From NCBI GenBank assembly GCA_963842085.1, contig CAWJET010000002.1, positions 1,024,001 to 1,088,000 of the forward strand: 64,000 bases of DNA. The letters are read 5' to 3'. A program made the translations under genes and the position numbers. Under the pieces are notes generated by a model. That model saw only the letters and a program-made list of their open reading frames with translations. It had not been told where the DNA came from and searched no databases. The first letter of the stretch is position 1. Each line of letters starts with the position of its first letter. Shown here piece by piece: positions 59,604-64,000 of the stretch. This DNA comes from an uncultured delta proteobacterium (GTDB lineage Bacteria > Desulfobacterota > Binatia > Binatales > Binataceae).

Positions 59604-59785
59604 GCTTCACTTACTGAGCCGATGAGAACCGAAGCGATTCGTTCGTCCCGAACGTCCTCGACCACACGCTCCCAGTCAACGTCCGGCCGCACCGACCCCC
59701 GATGTACCCATAACCCGTCGATCTTGACCAAGGTCCCTCGCCCGGATTTATCGACCTTCGGCCCGTTGCCATCTCCTTTGCGCAT
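59600..59785 (-). pseudogene. Possible C-terminal fragment of an AbrB/VapB-type antitoxin
   Basis: LVKIDGLWVHRG....DW..VVEDVRDERI pattern; no adjacent toxin. Confidence 0.35.
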
Positions 59786-60019
59786 TTCTCATCGAACCTC
59801 CCTTCATGTCGTTCTCGCGGACACACGTCGCTTCCCTGAGTTAACCATATCACTGGTCCGTTGACGTATCAGCCGTTCCCTAACGGCCAGTAGCTTAGTA
59901 TTGTCAAATTCGCGGCAACCAGGTAGCTAATTCCGGCACGCTTCAACTCGAACCAGAACTGGAGCCAACCGCAGCCGCATCTTGTCGCGGAGCATCGGCG
60001 CGGTGGTAACCGATAGAAA

Positions 60020-61273
60020 ATGAACCACAAGGAAATCTACGAGATCGGGCAGGTGCCGCCGATCGGGAACGTCCCGCCGCAGATGTATGCGCAGGTGATC
60101 CGCGCTGACCGGTTCGGCGATCCCAGGCATGCGTTCAAGATCGAGAAAATCGCGGTGCCGGAAATCCGCGCCGACGAGGTGCTCGTTTACGTGATGGCGG
60201 CGGGCGTCAATTTCAACAACGTGTGGGCCGCGCTCGGCTCGCCGGTGGACGTGATCGGCGCGCGCCAGAAGGCCAAGTACGATCATTCGGATTTCCATAT
60301 CGGCGGCAGCGACGCGTCGGGAATCGTCTATGCGATCGGCCGCGACGTGCACAACGTCAAGGTCGGCGACCGCGTGGTGATCCATTGCGGCGTTTGGGAT
60401 CGAAACTCGCCCGCGGTCCGCAACGGCGACGATCCGATGTACGATCCGTCGTTCAAGATCTGGGGCTACGAAACCAACTGGGGCAGCTTCGCACAGTTCA
60501 CCCGCGTGCAGGCGCATCAGTGCATGCCCAAGGCCAAGCATCTGACGTGGGAAGAGGCCGCCGGGCCGACGCTGGTCGGCGCGACCGCGTTCCGGATGCT
60601 GATGGGATGGCCACCGAATGTCGTGCGCCGCGGCGACGTGGTGCTGATTTGGGGCGCGTCGGGCGGGCTCGGATGCATGGCGATTCAGATCGTCAAGGCA
60701 GAAGGCGGAATTCCAGTCGGTATCGTCGGCGACGATCGCAAGATCGATTTCTGCACGAAGCTCGGCGCCAAGGGCTGCATCAACCGCAAGAAATATTTGC
60801 ACTGGGGGATGATGCCGCATTGGAAGGAAACCGCGTCGTACAACAAGTGGGCCGCCGAGTGCCGCGCGTTCGGCAAAGCGATTTGGGACATCGTCGGCGA
60901 ACGGAAGAATCCGCGCATCGTGTTCGAGCATCCCGGCGAAGACACCATCCCCACGTCGGTGTTCGTCTGCGACGCGGGCGGGATGGTCGTCATCTGCGCG
61001 GGCACCACCGGCTACAACGCGGTGGCGGATTTGCGCTACCTGTGGATGCGGCAGAAGCGGCTGCAGGGCTCGCACTTCGCCAACGACGAGCAGGCGTACG
61101 CGTTCAATCAGCTCGTGCTCGACGGCAAGATCGATCCGTGCCTCGCCAAGACGTACACGTTCGCCGAGATTCCGGAATGCCACCAGGCGATGCATGAGAA
61201 TCGCGCGCCCGAGGGCAAGATGGTCGCGCTGGTGGGAGCGCCGAAGCCCGGCCTGAAGGACCTGCCGCTGTAA
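60020..61273 (+). CDS. ccr: Crotonyl-CoA carboxylase/reductase
   Basis: [45 protein letters not shown] (CO2-binding Asn/Glu/His present). Confidence 0.95.
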   Translation: MNHKEIYEIGQVPPIGNVPPQMYAQVIRADRFGDPRHAFKIEKIAVPEIRADEVLVYVMAAGVNFNNVWAALGSPVDVIGARQKAKYDHSDFHIGGSDASGIVYAIGRDVHNVKVGDRVVIHCGVWDRNSPAVRNGDDPMYDPSFKIWGYETNWGSFAQFTRVQAHQCMPKAKHLTWEEAAGPTLVGATAFRMLMGWPPNVVRRGDVVLIWGASGGLGCMAIQIVKAEGGIPVGIVGDDRKIDFCTKLGAKGCINRKKYLHWGMMPHWKETASYNKWAAECRAFGKAIWDIVGERKNPRIVFEHPGEDTIPTSVFVCDAGGMVVICAGTTGYNAVADLRYLWMRQKRLQGSHFANDEQAYAFNQLVLDGKIDPCLAKTYTFAEIPECHQAMHENRAPEGKMVALVGAPKPGLKDLPL

Positions 61274-61331
61274 CTCTAATCGCCGCGCGCTGTCGCGCGA
61301 GTCTGCCGCTCGACTACAATCGGCCATCACC

Positions 61332-64000
61332 ATGGCCTCGCTCGAATCACTGAAGTTCGAACTTGCGCGCCAGGTCGAAGGCGAAGTGCGCTTCGACGCC
61401 GGCACTCGCGCGGCCTACGCGACCGACGCGTCGAACTATCGCCAGGTGCCGGTGGGCGTGGTGATTCCGCGGCATGAAGGCGACGTGATTGCGGCGCTTT
61501 CAGTAGCGCGCGAGAACTCGATGCCGATTCTCGCGCGCGGCGGCGGCACCAGCCTCGCGGGGCAGGCGTGCAACGCTGCGCTCGTGCTCGATTTCTCGAA
61601 GTACATGAATCGAGTGATCGCGATCGACGCCGGCGCGCATGTCGCGGAGGTCGAGCCCGGCGTCGTCCAGAGTCATCTCAACGCCGCGCTCGCGCCGCAT
61701 GGCTTGTTCTTCGCGCCGGATCCGTCGACGAAGGATCGGTGCACCATCGGCGGGATGATCGGCAACAACTCATGCGGCGCCCATTCGGCGGCGTACGGCA
61801 AGACGGTCGACAACGTCGAGGCGCTTGAGGTCATCCTTTACGACGGCACGCAACTTTCGCTGGCGGGCTCGATGGCGGACGCGGAACTTGACGCAGCAAT
61901 TGCGCGCGGCGGCCGCGAAGGCGAGCTTTACTCGCGGCTGCGCGAACTTCGCGGCCTTTGCGCCGATTCCGTGCGCGCGCATTTCCCGAAGCTGCCGCGA
62001 CGTGTCTCGGGATACAACCTTGACGAGCTACTGCCTGAGCGGGGCTTTAACGTCGCGCGCGCAATCGTCGGCTCGGAGGGCACGCTGGCCGTGGCGCTGC
62101 GCGCGACAATACGAGCCGTGCCGCGCCCGAATGAAGTCGGCCTGGCGGTGCTCGGATTCGACGACGTTTTCGTCGCGGCAGATCAAATGCCGTGGCTGCT
62201 GGAGCATCGCCCGGAGGCGCTGGAAGGCTTCGACGAGAATCTGCCCGAGTTCGCGCGGATCAAAAAGATGCCGGGCGTGCGATCTCTGCCCGCCGGGCGC
62301 GCTTTTCTGCTCGTCGAGTTGGGGGGAGCGTCGCGCGAGGAAGCGCACGAGCGCGCCGAACGCGTGATCGCCCAAGCGCGCAGACTCCGTGAGTGCACCG
62401 GCGCTGCGTACCTGGCCGACGCGCGGGAGCAGGCCGCGGTCTGGCAGATTCGCGAGTCGGGGCTGGGCTCGAGCGCGTTCATCCCGGGGCGCCCGCGCAC
62501 TTGGCCGGGCGCCGAGGACTCGGCGGTGCCGCCGGCCAATCTCGGCGCGTTTCTGCGCGGCTTCGATCGAATCCTCACCGGCCACGACCTCAAGGTGGCG
62601 ACCTACTATGGGCATTTCGGCGAAGGATGCGTTCACGCGCGCATCAATTTCGACCTGGCCAGCGCGCCCGGAATCGAAAAGTTTCGCGCGACTATGCTTG
62701 AGCTCGGCGGTCTCGTCGCGAGTCTTGGCGGTTCGCTCTCGGGCGAGCACGGCGACGGCCTGGCGCGTTCCGAGTTGCTGCCGACGATGTACCGGCCCGA
62801 GCTGATCGACGCGTTCCGCGACTTCAAGCGAATCTTCGATCCCACCTCTATGATGAACCCGGGTGTGATCGTTGCACCGCATCCGCTCGACTCGCATCTC
62901 AAGTTGGGTGCGAACTATCGGCCGCGCGAAATCGCCACGCATTTCAATTTCAGCGCCGAGGGCGGACTCGCGGGCGCGGCGCTCAAATGCGTGGGGATCG
63001 GGAAATGCCGCAAGACCGAGGCGGGCACGATGTGCCCCTCGTACATGGCCACGCGCGAGGAAATTCATTCGACGCGCGGGCGCGCGCGAATCCTGTTCGA
63101 GGCTTTGACCAGCGACTTGCTGCCTGACGGTTTTGCCGACCCGGCCCTCAAAGACGCGCTGGATTTGTGCCTGTCGTGCAAAGGATGCAAGAGCGAGTGC
63201 CCGTCGTCGGTAGATATGGCGGCGTATCGCGCGGAATTTTTCGCGAACTACTATCGAAGTCATCGGCGTCCGCTGTCATCTTCGTTCTTCGGCAGATTGA
63301 ACGAAATCGCGCGGCTCGCCTCGTACGCGCCGTCGCTCGCCAACGCATTGTCGCATGCGCCAATCGTGAGCGACGCCGCGAGAAGAGCGCTCGCGATTCA
63401 TCCGGAGCGCGAGTTGCCGCGATTTCCGCGGCGGACTTTCCGCTCGTGGTTCGAGCGTAGGACGGCTCCCAGAGCAAGTATGCGCGAAGTCGTCTTGTTT
63501 CCCGACACCTTCAACAACTTCTTCGAGCCGCACGTCGCGATCGCCGCGGTCGAAGTGCTGGAGCGAGCGGGATTTCGCGTGATCGTTCCGCGCGACGAGC
63601 TGTGCTGCGGCCGCCCGCTTTACGACCAGGGGATGCTGGAACGCGCGAGGGCGCGACTGCGCGGAGTGATGGACGCGCTCGATCCATTCGTCGCCGTGGG
63701 CATTCCGGTCGTCGGGTTGGAGCCGAGTTGTATCCTGACTTTTCGCGACGAGTTGCCGGCGCTGTTCCCCGCCGACGCGCGCGCCAAGGCGCTCGCGTCG
63801 AATTCATTTCTGCTCGACGAGTTCCTCGCACGCGAGGCGCCGGATTTCGCGCCACCCGAGTTGCACAGCAAGACCATCGTGCAGGGGCATTGTCATCAGA
63901 AGGCAATCGCGGGAATCGGCGCCGAGGTCGCGCTGCTGTCGCGTGCGGCGGGCACGAAACTCGAGGTGCTCGACGCGGGATGCTGCGGGATGGCGGGTGC
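61332..64000 (+). CDS. FAD-linked oxidase fused to Fe-S/CCG domains (YdiJ/GlcD-GlcF-like), runs off the window
   Basis: YATDASNYR, RGGGTSLAGQ, IGGMIGNNSCG, SGEHGDG, CVGIGKC, CLSCKGCKSECP, CCG; absent from the ORF track because it has no stop in the window. Confidence 0.9.
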   Translation, partial: MASLESLKFELARQVEGEVRFDAGTRAAYATDASNYRQVPVGVVIPRHEGDVIAALSVARENSMPILARGGGTSLAGQACNAALVLDFSKYMNRVIAIDAGAHVAEVEPGVVQSHLNAALAPHGLFFAPDPSTKDRCTIGGMIGNNSCGAHSAAYGKTVDNVEALEVILYDGTQLSLAGSMADAELDAAIARGGREGELYSRLRELRGLCADSVRAHFPKLPRRVSGYNLDELLPERGFNVARAIVGSEGTLAVALRATIRAVPRPNEVGLAVLGFDDVFVAADQMPWLLEHRPEALEGFDENLPEFARIKKMPGVRSLPAGRAFLLVELGGASREEAHERAERVIAQARRLRECTGAAYLADAREQAAVWQIRESGLGSSAFIPGRPRTWPGAEDSAVPPANLGAFLRGFDRILTGHDLKVATYYGHFGEGCVHARINFDLASAPGIEKFRATMLELGGLVASLGGSLSGEHGDGLARSELLPTMYRPELIDAFRDFKRIFDPTSMMNPGVIVAPHPLDSHLKLGANYRPREIATHFNFSAEGGLAGAALKCVGIGKCRKTEAGTMCPSYMATREEIHSTRGRARILFEALTSDLLPDGFADPALKDALDLCLSCKGCKSECPSSVDMAAYRAEFFANYYRSHRRPLSSSFFGRLNEIARLASYAPSLANALSHAPIVSDAARRALAIHPERELPRFPRRTFRSWFERRTAPRASMREVVLFPDTFNNFFEPHVAIAAVEVLERAGFRVIVPRDELCCGRPLYDQGMLERARARLRGVMDALDPFVAVGIPVVGLEPSCILTFRDELPALFPADARAKALASNSFLLDEFLAREAPDFAPPELHSKTIVQGHCHQKAIAGIGAEVALLSRAAGTKLEVLDAGCCGMAG

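Noticed and set aside
61825-63906. Multiple short ORFs listed in the track
   Set aside because: All overlap the single long FAD/Fe-S oxidoreductase frame starting at 61332

Overview
GC-rich bacterial chromosomal window. The many acyl-CoA dehydrogenases, the ethylmalonyl-CoA genes and the 'MKPRHAAALALVGWY' small protein suggest a Ca. Binatota/Binataceae-like soil bacterium (inference). In order it holds: an intact IS3-family element with an ATCC target duplication (164-1383); tandem acyl-CoA dehydrogenases; a PPi-dependent phosphofructokinase near a K+-independent H+-PPase; and the tig-clpP-clpX-lon-hup-tRNA-Val core cluster. Next is an 8.5-kb phage-satellite (PICI-like) element integrated in tRNA-Val with 50-bp att repeats. 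It carries an integrase, a CGNR-type Zn-finger protein, an excisionase, a Prim-Pol/helicase and a P27-like TerS, has no capsid genes, and has inverted iteron arrays at both ends. An accessory region follows, with efflux systems, several pseudogenes and a deletion scar. A FecR / putative beta-barrel / CHASE2-adenylate cyclase module lies between rpsI and argC, followed by rplM-rpsI and tRNA-Asp. The window ends with an ethylmalonyl-CoA pathway cluster (ccr, short mcd, two single-domain MaoC hydratases, mcl) and a partial FAD/Fe-S oxidoreductase. At least three REP-like palindrome families recur, one of them inside a coding sequence. All functional calls come from motif recognition by eye; no searches were run.
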